Part shown: positions 28,330 to 38,755 of the stretch, one piece after another
How positions within the stretch are numbered: position 1 is the first letter of the stretch
Layout: every line of letters begins with the position of its first letter
Source: Anaerohalosphaeraceae bacterium
GTDB taxonomy: Bacteria > Planctomycetota > Phycisphaerae > Sedimentisphaerales > Anaerohalosphaeraceae
DNA: 64,000 nucleotides
Reading direction: 5' to 3'
NCBI GenBank assembly: GCA_963675525.2
Contig: CAXXSL010000013.1
Coordinates: 480,001 to 544,000, forward strand
The notes under the pieces: generated by a model
What the model was told of the DNA's origin: nothing
Database searches by the model: none
What the model saw: only the letters and a program-made list of their open reading frames with translations
Translations under genes and position numbers: made by a program

Positions 28330-28782
28330 CTAATCGGCTCCCAGGGAGCAGGCTTCGTACTCTTTCCGGAAAAACTCGGCGTGTCCGGCTTCCTCGTCAG
28401 CCAGTTTTTCGAACAGATCGGCCAGTTCCTTCTGCGGCATATTACTGGCCAGCACGCTGTAGAGCATTTTAGCCGATCTTTCTTTTTTCATGGCATACTG
28501 ATAGACTTCCTTGAGACTCATGCCGGAATGCAGCGGCAGGGCCTTCAGGTAACCGCTTTTTTCAAGATCGGTCAGATCCGGCACCGGCAATTCGGTGTCG
28601 GCAGACCGAAGCATTTGCAGTTTTTCTTCATGGGCCCGCTCTTCCTGCACCAAGGTGCGATAGAATAAAGTCATTTGGGGGTCTTCGACTTCGGCGGAAA
28701 GCTTGCCGTAAAATTTCTGTGCGGCCTTCTCCTGCACGATCGCGAAATCCAGAATGTCATCAAGCGTTTCAAACTGCGGCAT
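28330..28782 (-). CDS. Ferritin-like/rubrerythrin-family protein (paralog of 7448-7894)
   Basis: FAIVQE..EERAH and YAMKKE..EEAGH; RBS AAGGAG. Confidence 0.85.
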   Translation of the reverse strand: MPQFETLDDILDFAIVQEKAAQKFYGKLSAEVEDPQMTLFYRTLVQEERAHEEKLQMLRSADTELPVPDLTDLEKSGYLKALPLHSGMSLKEVYQYAMKKERSAKMLYSVLASNMPQKELADLFEKLADEEAGHAEFFRKEYEACSLGAD

Positions 28783-28903
28783 GCTGCGTATTCTCCTTAT
28801 TCGACAAATACCTTAAAAAGGACGCCAAACTGACCCGATCATACACCCTTTGCGCCGCTTTCACAACTATTTTTCGCCTCCGGTTGCCCGTAAGTACATT
28901 TTC

Positions 28904-28932
28904 TTGACATTTACAGGGGGTTCTGCGATACT
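28904..28932 (+). promoter_or_regulatory. Putative efp promoter TTGACA-17-GATACT
   Basis: Perfect -35 with a 17-bp spacer upstream of efp. Confidence 0.5.
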
Positions 28933-29032
28933 GTCGACCCTGTGTTTTCTCGCCCGGCTTTTCATTGGGATAACCGCCGGAGCAGAGAGGCTAACTATAG
29001 TAATATTAAGAACTTGTGTTTTTGGAGTCCCC

Positions 29033-29593
29033 ATGAAAGTCTCAGACATGAAAAAAGGTCAGACCATCACCATTGACGGCATTTTATTTGTGATCGTCGA
29101 TTATCAACACGTCAAGCTGGGCAAAGGCGGTGCGGTCTATCAAACAAAGCTACGTAACCTGATCGACGGCGGCATCCGGGACATCCGGTTCCGGGCCGAA
29201 GAAAACGTCGATGAGGCCTATCTCGATAAGCGCAATTTTGAGTATCTGTATTCGGCCGGCACCGAGCATGTATTTATGGACCTGGAAACGTATGACCAGA
29301 TCACGCTGGACGATGATGGGTTCGGCGACGGGGCGCTGTACCTGCTGCCCAATACGAAACTGCAGATCAGCATGTACGATGAAAGACCGGTCGTGGTGAC
29401 GCTGCCCAATACCGTTGATCTGGAAGTAACCGACACGGCTCCGGAGATAAAAGGCGCCACGGCCACCAATCAGTACAAATCGGCCACGATGGAAACCGGG
29501 CTGACGGTGCAGGTTCCGCCCTTTATCAAGATCGGCGAAAAACTCCGCATCGATACCCGCACCGGTGAATATGTCACCCGCGTGAAGGACTAA
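29033..29593 (+). CDS. efp: Elongation factor P
   Basis: HVKLGKGGA, YLYS..FMDLETYDQ, LPNTVDLEV, KGATAT..K.ATMETG..VQVPPFI and IDTRTGEYV; ATG at 29033 after GGAG. Confidence 0.95.
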   Translation: MKVSDMKKGQTITIDGILFVIVDYQHVKLGKGGAVYQTKLRNLIDGGIRDIRFRAEENVDEAYLDKRNFEYLYSAGTEHVFMDLETYDQITLDDDGFGDGALYLLPNTKLQISMYDERPVVVTLPNTVDLEVTDTAPEIKGATATNQYKSATMETGLTVQVPPFIKIGEKLRIDTRTGEYVTRVKD

Positions 29594-29610
29594 ATTCGCA
29601 TTGAATCCAT

Positions 29611-29642
29611 ACGCCGGGGCGCGATTGCGTCCCGGCGTTTTT
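29611..29642 (+). terminator. Rho-independent terminator after efp
   Basis: Stem ACGCCGGGGCGC/GCGTCCCGGCGT followed by TTTT. Confidence 0.7.
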
Positions 29643-29673
29643 ACAAAAAAAGGTGGAGCCAAGTGCAAAATAG

Positions 29674-31059
29674 ATGGACGTAAACGTAACAACAAAAAAA
29701 TATTGTTATCCGTTTCTCCTCGCGATGCTTTTCGTGATTTCTTTTTTTGCTGTTCGTGTGCCTTTGTTGCGAGAACCTTTCGGGCTTGAAGAAGGAATAT
29801 TTGCCGAGTTGATCGTAAATCGCCCTTCCGGCCCCCAATACGCTCTGGCCGGTCGAATCGATGGAGAAAAAATATATGAGTATATTTCTCATCCTGCTGC
29901 ACCCTATGAATTACTGAGGCTGGGAGGTTATCTCTCGCAAAAAATTCTGACATATAACGTCTACCTGGATGATTCATCAATCACCCCAAGATTAAGATTA
30001 ATATGTTCTTTGTATCAATTCATCTTCTGGGGCACCCTGCTTTTACTTGTGTTTTTTAAACGAAAACTTTATGGCAAATGGCCCATTCTCCTGATCTTTG
30101 CGGTCATGCTATCTCCTCTGTCCATAAAAACATCCGTCCATTTGCAGATCGACAACACATCGGGGGTGATCCTATGCGGAGCAGCTGCGCTTTTATTCAC
30201 CATGGCAGGGCAAATAAATGTTTCGGATCAAAAGAAACTACTGCTGCTTTTCGCCGGGGGTTTCATTGCCGGCCTGGGAAAACAAGAGTGGTCCTTTGCA
30301 TTACTGATCGCAACAATCGTTACAGTTCTATTAGGTCTTTTTAAGAAATCAAATGCAGATAGAAAACTTTCAACTTTGAAATTTATCGCACTCGGTGTTG
30401 TCGGAGGATTGATTGCCGGAAATCTGGCCAGTTATTCATATGACTCGACAAACTACACAAAGGGATTTCACATTCTATATCGGCATGTAAATATTTATGA
30501 AGATTCATCTCCCGGATGGGCGTTAGTATCGTGGTTGGCATTAATGAAGAATCGGCTTCCTTTTGTCACGATCTGTCTCATGCTTCTGTTTGTTATCTTT
30601 CTCTCACTGTTTACGAACAAAAAGCGAAACTTTCTATATCATTTGGTTCTGTTCTATGGTGTCTTTCTATTTGTGGGTTATATTCTTTCCGACTGGCACA
30701 GCCAGCCACGGTATTATTGTCCTTCCCTGGCTGTCTTAGCCGTTTCCGCAATTACGATGACCTCACACCCCTTGCCGCGATGGTATCGCAGAACACTGTT
30801 TTGGGGAAGTCTGCTCGTTTTCTTTTCGACGGTCGTTTTTACAATCGGCTATGCCCCGGATCGAAATCTGGATTTAGAATACATCAACAGTGGACAGGTT
30901 AAATCGTCATCCGGTACAGTATTGTACATTAGAAGCGGCGCCGGTTGGAATAAGCCTGAAATTGATTATATGAATAATAATACTCCATATGAGCTCAGAA
31001 AAGAAAACGTCAAGGAGAAGTTTGGAAAAAGACTGATCAAGCCTACTCTGCAGAATTAA
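29674..31059 (+). CDS. Polytopic membrane protein, GT-C-fold glycosyltransferase-like
   Basis: About 10 TM segments, acidic EE in the first external loop and a QPRYY motif; first gene of the glycosylation island. Confidence 0.6.
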   Translation: MDVNVTTKKYCYPFLLAMLFVISFFAVRVPLLREPFGLEEGIFAELIVNRPSGPQYALAGRIDGEKIYEYISHPAAPYELLRLGGYLSQKILTYNVYLDDSSITPRLRLICSLYQFIFWGTLLLLVFFKRKLYGKWPILLIFAVMLSPLSIKTSVHLQIDNTSGVILCGAAALLFTMAGQINVSDQKKLLLLFAGGFIAGLGKQEWSFALLIATIVTVLLGLFKKSNADRKLSTLKFIALGVVGGLIAGNLASYSYDSTNYTKGFHILYRHVNIYEDSSPGWALVSWLALMKNRLPFVTICLMLLFVIFLSLFTNKKRNFLYHLVLFYGVFLFVGYILSDWHSQPRYYCPSLAVLAVSAITMTSHPLPRWYRRTLFWGSLLVFFSTVVFTIGYAPDRNLDLEYINSGQVKSSSGTVLYIRSGAGWNKPEIDYMNNNTPYELRKENVKEKFGKRLIKPTLQN

Positions 31060-31109
31060 CATCTGCTTATAACGGAAATAATATATCAAAGAAACCAGAA
31101 TGAGGTTTT

Positions 31110-32744
31110 ATGGAAAATCGCAGTATATTAAAAGCAATGACGCCCTCAAGTGCGAGCTGCCTGTGGTATTCCGTTATAATTATTGCAGCAGCATGCGTGC
31201 TCTATTCAGGTGTTTTTTGGATAACTGCGCACCCTTACAGCTTCGGGTGGGATGAAGCCTATTACGTAAACCATGCGGTTCGAGACTACCACGCTTTTAA
31301 AAGCCACAATATCAGAACGTTCGGCAACAGTCTGTTTTTTGGTGCCCGAGACAGACCCTTTGCGAATCGTCTGCTTGCGCTGCCTTTTAGCCTTGTTTTT
31401 GGGCCGGATATCCCAGCGCTGCGAATGTCTTCATTTGTCTGCTTCTTTGCCGCTGCCTTTTTTATTTACCTGACAGGGAAACGACTACTCAATTTTCAGG
31501 CAGGTTTGATCGCCTCTCTCATCTTTTTGTTGAGTCCGGAGATACTCGCGTCCAGCGTCAGGCTCTACGCAGAAGCCAGCTTGTACCTTGCCATTGCAAG
31601 TCTGCTTTATTTTCTGCTGAGATTCCTCCATGAACCCCGCCCGTCTACTTATACATGGCTTGGGCTGGGCATTTCTATAGGTTTTGGGCTTCTTTCCAAA
31701 CTATCTTTTGCTTTAATGGCAGCCCCATTATGTGTCCTTTTTATCATTAAACCATGGAATGGAAAATCCAGAGAAATGATGTTCTTTTTCCTAAAAGTCG
31801 GCCTTGTCGCGACAGCCATTGCCGGCCTCTGGTGGTTCAAAAACTACTCGTATGCCATGCACCACATGAAAGCGGCGGGAAATTATACTCCGGCTTCTCT
31901 GGGCCCACTGGGGCCGTCACTTGTTTTCAAATATTGCTTTGTGCTTATCAAGAATGTCGTGGGATATTTTTCCGCAATTGTTTTCTGTTTCGCCATCGGG
32001 ACCGCATTTTTTTGTCGTCGTAATCGTCCGAAAAACACCCTGTCTGCCCAAAAACAAATGTTATGGGGATGTCTTTTCTGTGGGTTACCGCTTTTGATTG
32101 TGCAATTTTTCACGGTCAATCACTGCATGCGGCTTGCGTCTCCTGCAATTGTTCCTTTCTCAATCTTAGTGTCGTTTTTTATCATTAATTCTCGATGGAA
32201 ATACCACACAGGGGTAAATATCCTTTTATCTTTCCTTTTTATTCTACAAGCAATCGGTATCGTTTCGTCTCTAAGATACAAGAATGAACCGGTTAGAGAT
32301 TTCTGGGAAATCAGCGTTACCAAAGCGTTGCCGCTAAGAGAACAATGGGACTGGGATGCTATCTATGATGTAATCGATTCATACGAAATAACACAACCTT
32401 CTATCGGATTACTGGGGACTGCCGCTCCAATGAAACCTTCCAATGTTCGATTTCCCTGGGTCGTCAGGAGCAAAAGAGTATTTATCGAACTGATCGATGT
32501 TCCGGACAATATAGAGGATAATATCAATGAGCTTATTCCTTATATTGAAAAATATGATATAATCGTTACTATTGCTGATTATCCTTATAAAAACGTCAGA
32601 AACCTTACAGAAGAAAATGCTATAAACGCCGTTTTCATAGAAAAAATCAAACAAGGCTCGGATTTTAATACGCCTGTTTACGTAAAAGTAGGCCGATATC
32701 ATGAAACCACACTGGCTATATGCATCAAAAAGAAACCGAAATGA
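31110..32744 (+). CDS. ArnT/PMT (GT83/GT39)-type membrane glycosyltransferase
   Basis: WDEAYY after the first TM, IGFGLLSK and many TM segments. Confidence 0.8.
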   Translation: MENRSILKAMTPSSASCLWYSVIIIAAACVLYSGVFWITAHPYSFGWDEAYYVNHAVRDYHAFKSHNIRTFGNSLFFGARDRPFANRLLALPFSLVFGPDIPALRMSSFVCFFAAAFFIYLTGKRLLNFQAGLIASLIFLLSPEILASSVRLYAEASLYLAIASLLYFLLRFLHEPRPSTYTWLGLGISIGFGLLSKLSFALMAAPLCVLFIIKPWNGKSREMMFFFLKVGLVATAIAGLWWFKNYSYAMHHMKAAGNYTPASLGPLGPSLVFKYCFVLIKNVVGYFSAIVFCFAIGTAFFCRRNRPKNTLSAQKQMLWGCLFCGLPLLIVQFFTVNHCMRLASPAIVPFSILVSFFIINSRWKYHTGVNILLSFLFILQAIGIVSSLRYKNEPVRDFWEISVTKALPLREQWDWDAIYDVIDSYEITQPSIGLLGTAAPMKPSNVRFPWVVRSKRVFIELIDVPDNIEDNINELIPYIEKYDIIVTIADYPYKNVRNLTEENAINAVFIEKIKQGSDFNTPVYVKVGRYHETTLAICIKKKPK

Positions 32745-32767
32745 GGTAATCAGGAGCATGTTCAAAT

Positions 32768-34153
32768 ATGTTAGATAATAAAATACATTTGAAATGGCAT
32801 AAAAGAAATTCGTATTATTACCAGTGGCTTAACAGGATTTTTTCGTGCAATGTTCGTCCTGACAGCCGAGTTCTACATGTCGGCTGTGAATACGGCGATC
32901 TGCTGGCCGCAGTCAAACCTGCTTACGGTGTCGGCATCGACACGGATGCAACAGCCCTTCAGTTTGCGAGGGAGCGTTTCCCCCAACTGCATTTTGAGCA
33001 GCAGGACCCGCATCATCTGAATCTTGAGGGAACATTCGATTATGTGTTAATATGCAATTCTATCGGAACCTGGAGTGATGTCCAACTGGTTTTTGACCGA
33101 ATCCATCCGTACACCCATAAAGACACCCGCATTATTATTACTTACTACAGCTATCTGTGGGAAGGGATTTTAAGACTTGGGTCCAAACTCAAAATACGGC
33201 GTCCCAATTCCTACCAGAACTGGCTCCCGCCGGAAGACATCATCAATTTACTTTTCTTGGGTGATTATGATTTCATTCGCAGTGAAAGCTTTATGATGAT
33301 GCCGAAGTGGGTTCCGCTTCTGTCGGCTTTATGTAATCGCTTTCTTTCGTTATTACCTTTATTCCGGCAATTAAATCTGATTAACCTCGTCATTGCTCGT
33401 CCAAAGCCGATTGTCAAAATTCCGGAAGATTACGTGGTATCCGTCGTCGTGCCCTGTCGAAATGAAAAAGGCAATATTGAAGACGCGATCCTTCGAATTC
33501 CTGAGATGGGCAAACAAACAGAAATTATTTTCGTGGATGGAAACAGCACCGACGGGACCCCGCAGGAGATTGAGAAACAGATCGAGTCCCATCCGGAACG
33601 AAAGATCAAGCTGATCCACCAGGGAGATGGAGTTGGTAAAGGCGATGCGGTCCGCAAAGGGTTTGCCGCAGCCGCCGGTGATGTGTTTGTGATTCAGGAC
33701 GCGGACCTGACGGCTCCACCCGAAGATTTACCGAAATTCTTTAACGCCTGGCTGCAGGGAAAGGGCGAGTATATCAACGGGTCGCGGCTGGTCTATCCCA
33801 TGGAAAAACAGGCCATGCGATTCCTGAACCTTTTAGGCAATAAGTTTTTCGGAAAGCTATTTTCGTGGCTGTTAAACCAGCGATTCCGCGACACGCTCTG
33901 CGGGACAAAGATGATCAGCCGGACGCACTATGACATTCTCGCGGCCAACCGTTCTTACTTCGGGGAGTTTGACCCGTTTGGTGATTTCGATCTGATCTTT
34001 GGCTCCGTCAAACAAAATTTCAAGGTGGCCGAAGTCCCCGTAACTTACCGTGCCAGAACATATGGCGACACAAACATCAGCCGATTTCGTCACGGCTGGC
34101 TGCTTTTAAAAATGAGCTGGGTCGCATTCAAAAAGTTTAAATGGCTGAGGTAG
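32768..34153 (+). CDS. Fusion of SAM-methyltransferase-like domain and GT2 polyprenol-phosphate glycosyltransferase
   Basis: N-terminal VLHVGCEYG (degenerate motif I); C-terminal VVVPCRNE, VDGNSTDGT, GKGDAV, QDADL, DTLCGTK and DPFGDFDL. Confidence 0.85.
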   Translation: MLDNKIHLKWHKRNSYYYQWLNRIFSCNVRPDSRVLHVGCEYGDLLAAVKPAYGVGIDTDATALQFARERFPQLHFEQQDPHHLNLEGTFDYVLICNSIGTWSDVQLVFDRIHPYTHKDTRIIITYYSYLWEGILRLGSKLKIRRPNSYQNWLPPEDIINLLFLGDYDFIRSESFMMMPKWVPLLSALCNRFLSLLPLFRQLNLINLVIARPKPIVKIPEDYVVSVVVPCRNEKGNIEDAILRIPEMGKQTEIIFVDGNSTDGTPQEIEKQIESHPERKIKLIHQGDGVGKGDAVRKGFAAAAGDVFVIQDADLTAPPEDLPKFFNAWLQGKGEYINGSRLVYPMEKQAMRFLNLLGNKFFGKLFSWLLNQRFRDTLCGTKMISRTHYDILAANRSYFGEFDPFGDFDLIFGSVKQNFKVAEVPVTYRARTYGDTNISRFRHGWLLLKMSWVAFKKFKWLR

Positions 34154-34155
34154 AA

Positions 34156-34842
34156 ATGTCGAATGAAAAACAATATTATTTTGATTCTCTCGGAGATGAT
34201 TTCGAAAAATTCATGGACGAGTATGATGTTATCAGGCGACAACACCTGATTTTTCATGATTTACTGAAAGATGTGTGCTTTGAAAACAAAGAGATATTAG
34301 AAGTCGGCTGTGGAACCGGCAAAATAACGCAAATGATTGTACAACGCAAGGCACATGTTACTGCTCTGGACATCAGCGAACGCCTGGCTCAGACGGTAGC
34401 CCGAAAATACAATTGCCAGGGGGTTCCCGGAGACGCCTGTGTTCTGCCGTTCGAGGACACATCATTCGACCTGGTAATCAGTTCTGAATGTATCGAGCAT
34501 ACGCTGTCCCCTGCGAATGCAATCGCGGAAATGTGCCGCGTGTGCCGCCCGGGAGGGATTGTGTGCCTTACAACCCCTAACAAACTGTGGTATCCGGTTT
34601 TGTGGCTGTCAATCAAAATGGGGGTCCGTCATTTTCGGGGGATTGAGAATTGGTTGTTTCCCGGCCAAGCCGGTTCTGTAATGAAAACATCGGGCCTAAA
34701 CGATATCATTTATTCCGGATGCCATTTGTGGCCGTTTCAGGTACGTTTTACCCGACCGGTTCTGAAGTGGATAGATAATACATTAGGACGCCGTTTATAC
34801 CCCGCGATGATTAATTACGGGGTCAGAGGAACCAAAACATGA
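34156..34842 (+). CDS. Class I SAM-dependent methyltransferase
   Basis: ILEVGCGTG, GDACVLPFEDTSFD, ECIEH and RPGG...TPN. Confidence 0.85.
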   Translation: MSNEKQYYFDSLGDDFEKFMDEYDVIRRQHLIFHDLLKDVCFENKEILEVGCGTGKITQMIVQRKAHVTALDISERLAQTVARKYNCQGVPGDACVLPFEDTSFDLVISSECIEHTLSPANAIAEMCRVCRPGGIVCLTTPNKLWYPVLWLSIKMGVRHFRGIENWLFPGQAGSVMKTSGLNDIIYSGCHLWPFQVRFTRPVLKWIDNTLGRRLYPAMINYGVRGTKT

Positions 34843-35792
34843 CCATGACAAAAAAAATCTCTCTGGTTTCACCCTGTTATAACGAAACCGATGTTATTAT
34901 GGATTTTTATGAGTCTGTAAAAAATGTTCTGACTCAAATACCGGATATTGAACATGAAATCATTTTGATTGACGACGGCAGCACAGACAAAACACCGGAG
35001 ATCTTAAAATCGCTCGCACAATCCGACCCCTGCCTCAAAGTCATTATCTTTTCAAGAAACTTTGGCCATCAACTGGCATTGACCGCAGGGATTGATCACG
35101 CCTCGGGCGATGCACTGATTATGATGGATTCAGATTTACAGCACCCCGTTCAAATGCTGCCGGAGATGATCGCCTCATGGAAAGACGGCTATGATATCGT
35201 TTCGACCATCCGAACAACGACGGAAGATTCCGGTTTGTTTAAATCATTTACATCAAAAATATTTTATATTATATTCAACCGTCTTAGTCCGACGTTTCTG
35301 CCCGTCGGCGCGGCGGATTTCTGTCTGTTATCCAGAACCGTTTATACACAGCTTCGACAAATGCAGGAAAGGCATCGATTTCTTCGCGGTTTAATCTGTT
35401 GGATGGGATTTTCCAAGAAACTCATCCCCTATAAAGCGGCAGTGCGTAAAGCGGGCACTTCGAAATATTCCATGGTTAAAATGGTTCGCCTCGCAACAGA
35501 TGCAATTTTGTCTTTCAGTTCCAAACCACTGTCGGCCGCCATACGAGTCGGCTTTTTTTTAACATTTGCTGGTTTTTTATATTTACTGTACATTCTGTAT
35601 GGATACTTTATTAAGCAAAATTTAATTGCCGGATGGGCATCTCTGATTTGCACGCTGCTGATCCTAAACGGTTTCCAGTTGATTTTTATCGGTTTGATCG
35701 GAGAATATATCTCAAAGATATTCGAAGAAGTTAAAAAACGCCCTGTCTATATAATCAAAGAATGTCTCGGTGATTTGGAAAAGTGGGAATAA
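34839..35792 (+). CDS. GT2 undecaprenyl-phosphate glycosyltransferase (GtrB/ArnC-like)
   Basis: PCYNE, DDGSTD, FSRNFGHQ, MDSDLQHP, RFLRG, two C-terminal TMs and GEYI..EVKKRPVY. Confidence 0.9.
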   Translation: MTMTKKISLVSPCYNETDVIMDFYESVKNVLTQIPDIEHEIILIDDGSTDKTPEILKSLAQSDPCLKVIIFSRNFGHQLALTAGIDHASGDALIMMDSDLQHPVQMLPEMIASWKDGYDIVSTIRTTTEDSGLFKSFTSKIFYIIFNRLSPTFLPVGAADFCLLSRTVYTQLRQMQERHRFLRGLICWMGFSKKLIPYKAAVRKAGTSKYSMVKMVRLATDAILSFSSKPLSAAIRVGFFLTFAGFLYLLYILYGYFIKQNLIAGWASLICTLLILNGFQLIFIGLIGEYISKIFEEVKKRPVYIIKECLGDLEKWE

Positions 35793-35796
35793 TTTT

Positions 35797-37910
35797 ATGA
35801 GCAGTGGAAAAAAACGTCTATCGATCTGGCAATCTCTGGCTATCCATCTGGCGATTCTCACTTGGCCCTTTATTTACCTAATTGAATACATCGTACCATT
35901 CAAGGGGCGATACACCTATATTTTTAATGATTTTGGACCCCATTACTATAATTACAAAAGTTATTATTTGGCTCATCTGGCACATGGTCAATTGCCGCTG
36001 TGGTCCCCTACCGAGGCTGCCGGTTACCCTTTTTTTCGAGTCCGTTAACACAGTTTTTCTACCCTCTCAATATATTCTTGATTCCGGTGTTCAAAATCAA
36101 AGGGTACTACAGCTACATTGACCACCAGGCATTTACAATTTTGGGTCTTTCGATTTTCGCCCTGGGTCTGTATCACTGGCTTCAACTTCTCAACAAAAAC
36201 ACAAGGGCGATCCTGTTTACAGTACTTGTGATGTCCGTTAGTTTCAAAGTTACCGAAACCATGAGATTCCCGAATGCCGTACACACAGCAGCATGGTATC
36301 CGTGGATTTTATACGGTATCACGCAGATTTATAAAGCTCGCTCACATTCACAATGCTTAAAGTACTCATTATTGCTTGTTCTCTTTATTACTTGTTTGTG
36401 TACAGCTGGTTACCCTTATTTCGTTTATTATTCGGCGTTTTTGATCGGCCCCTACGCTCTCCTTGTGGTGTTCAAAAAGCCCAGAGAAACCATATTAGGA
36501 ATCAATGACGTCAACTGGAAACGGTCGCTTACGGCATTGTGTGCATCCGGCCTGGTCGCCGGACTGCTGTGCCTGCCGTACCTGTTATTTATGATTTCCC
36601 TCATGGAATCAACCCATAACCGCAGCGGAGGAAGCTTCAATTATTCCACAAGCTATATATTTAACATGGAAGACTCCGTGGGTTCCCTGATATACCCACC
36701 AATGTCTCAGATGGAAGGCTGGTATTTTTTTAGCATAACAGCACTGCTCTTGATTTGCCTGTCTTTATTTGCCCCGCTCCTTAAACATAAAACAGCAGGG
36801 ATCCCGCTTGATAAATCTCAAACAACAATGAGCACAAAGATCTTGTTAGTAACATGGCTCCTTATTATTAGTTATATCTCATACGGAAGATCCTCATATT
36901 TATTTCGGCTTCTTTGGCATATCATGCCGGGATTTTCAAACCTTAGGGTCTGGGGTAGAATGAATATTATTCTCATTCCGGTTTTAGGGTGGCTGATTTC
37001 AATGGCTTACGATTTTTTTGAGCGATCCGTTTTTGAAAAACAAAAATCGAAAAAAACACCTCTCGGCCCCACTGTTATCATCAGTATAATCTATATTTTG
37101 ATTTTGGGATTGCAGCTTTTTTGTTATCTCACAAAAAAACAGGACAAGTATTGGAATCATCTCCAATATCCGTGGGGCAATTTGCGTCTCCACTTTCTAA
37201 TTATGGGATTTATCGCCTTTATAGCCATCTTGCTGTTTATGCGAGGCGGGACTTTTTTTTCAAAGCACTTCAAGCGTCCTCAAACAGCAATGCTACTGAC
37301 ACTCCTGGCTATCGCATCAGTCGAAATGTGGCCTGCGGGGGCACATACGTGGACAAAGCGAAAATCATTTCAGACGCCTGAAAAATTACAGATAAGCCCT
37401 GCTCGCATTCATGCAAGATCATTTCTGTACCGACGAACGAATCATAATAAAACGTCCTTATTGCAACCGGTTTACGCAACGGGATTAGCCAGTTCAAATT
37501 GGTATTTCAAACGATATGTTGACTTTCTTGAGAAAACCGAGAATGAGAAACAATATCGAGAGATACTCTTGGGCTTCAAAAATGCACAAAAAGTATTTTT
37601 CTCTGAATCATTAAGACATGATACTATTGTGTCGTTTCTAAAAGATGCCTTTCGGCATCAGGATGCAGGGCATCTCATCTCTTATGATGGTGAGACATTA
37701 GTATGGGAAATCACCGCACCCCAAGACGGTTATTTAAGCTTTATTGACAACTGGGATCCGCACTGGAAAGTTTTTGTCGATGGGCACGAAGAAAAGATCG
37801 AATTGCTTTTTGGGACTTTCAAATCCGTTCACCTGAATCCGGGGGATCATCAGGTTCGGTTTATTTATGCCCCATCATTGAAAAATATATTTTTGGATCA
37901 AACCAAGTAA
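35797..37910 (+). CDS. YfhO-like GT-C membrane glycosyltransferase; frameshift in the T-homopolymer near 36030
   Basis: The N-part NDF..HGQLPLWSPTEAAGYPFF joins FFSSPLTQFFYPL; C-terminal DNWDPHWKVFVDG...GDHQVRFIY. Confidence 0.75.
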
Positions 37911-37948
37911 ACAGATTATGATAATGAAAAACAGGAGTCGTTGAACGA

Positions 37949-38728
37949 ATGGGTTTTCTGGATTTTTTACGCCTGTCTGAACATCAGAAAATGGACAACT
38001 TAGATGATGCAGCCGCGACACTGCTTCATGCAGAGATTCTCCAACATAAGGGCTTCCTGAAAAAGCTTTATGTCGATTTCTACACGGAATTACGCGTCGC
38101 CGTTGGCAACATAAAAAACAACACGGTCATCGAACTCGGCAGCGGGGGCGGCTTCATCAAAGACGTTATTCCCGGCACATTAACGTCGGATGTTTTACCG
38201 GTCGCTTCGGTGGATGCTGTCTTTTCCGCATGCGAAATGCCCTTTGAAGATCGCTCGATCGATGCGATCGTTATGATCGATGTACTCCATCATATTCCGG
38301 ATGTCCGGGCTTTTTTTGCCGAAGCGGTTCGCTGTCTTAAACCCGGAGGTCGTATCGCCATGATCGAGCCGGCCAATACCGTGTGGTCTCGTTTCATCTA
38401 TAAAAACTTCCATCATGAGGCATTTGATCCACAAACCGGCTGGGAATTCGAGTCAAAAGGCCCGCTATCGACGGCAAACGGGGCACTTCCCTGGATCATT
38501 TTCCATCGCGATAGAGACACATTCGAAAAATCCTATCCCCAGTTAAACATTCTCGAAACTCGAATCCATACACCCCTCAGGTATTTATTAAGCGGCGGAT
38601 TCACACTTCGGCAATTGACACCTTCCTGGAGTTATTGTATGGTGAAGGGATTAGAATGGCTTTTCTGCCCTTTTAATCGATGGACCGGGATGTTTGAAAC
38701 AATCGTGCTTGAAAAGAAAATGAAATAA
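37949..38728 (+). CDS. Class I SAM-dependent methyltransferase
   Basis: IELGSGGG, DVLHH and LKPGGRIAMIEP. Confidence 0.85.
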   Translation: MGFLDFLRLSEHQKMDNLDDAAATLLHAEILQHKGFLKKLYVDFYTELRVAVGNIKNNTVIELGSGGGFIKDVIPGTLTSDVLPVASVDAVFSACEMPFEDRSIDAIVMIDVLHHIPDVRAFFAEAVRCLKPGGRIAMIEPANTVWSRFIYKNFHHEAFDPQTGWEFESKGPLSTANGALPWIIFHRDRDTFEKSYPQLNILETRIHTPLRYLLSGGFTLRQLTPSWSYCMVKGLEWLFCPFNRWTGMFETIVLEKKMK

Positions 38729-38755
38729 TTATTTGATTATATTACGAGAGAAACA

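Noticed and set aside
28850..29032. Long N-terminal extension of EF-P
   Set aside because: The region contains the likely promoter; ATG 29033 has an RBS and gives a normal 186-aa EF-P.
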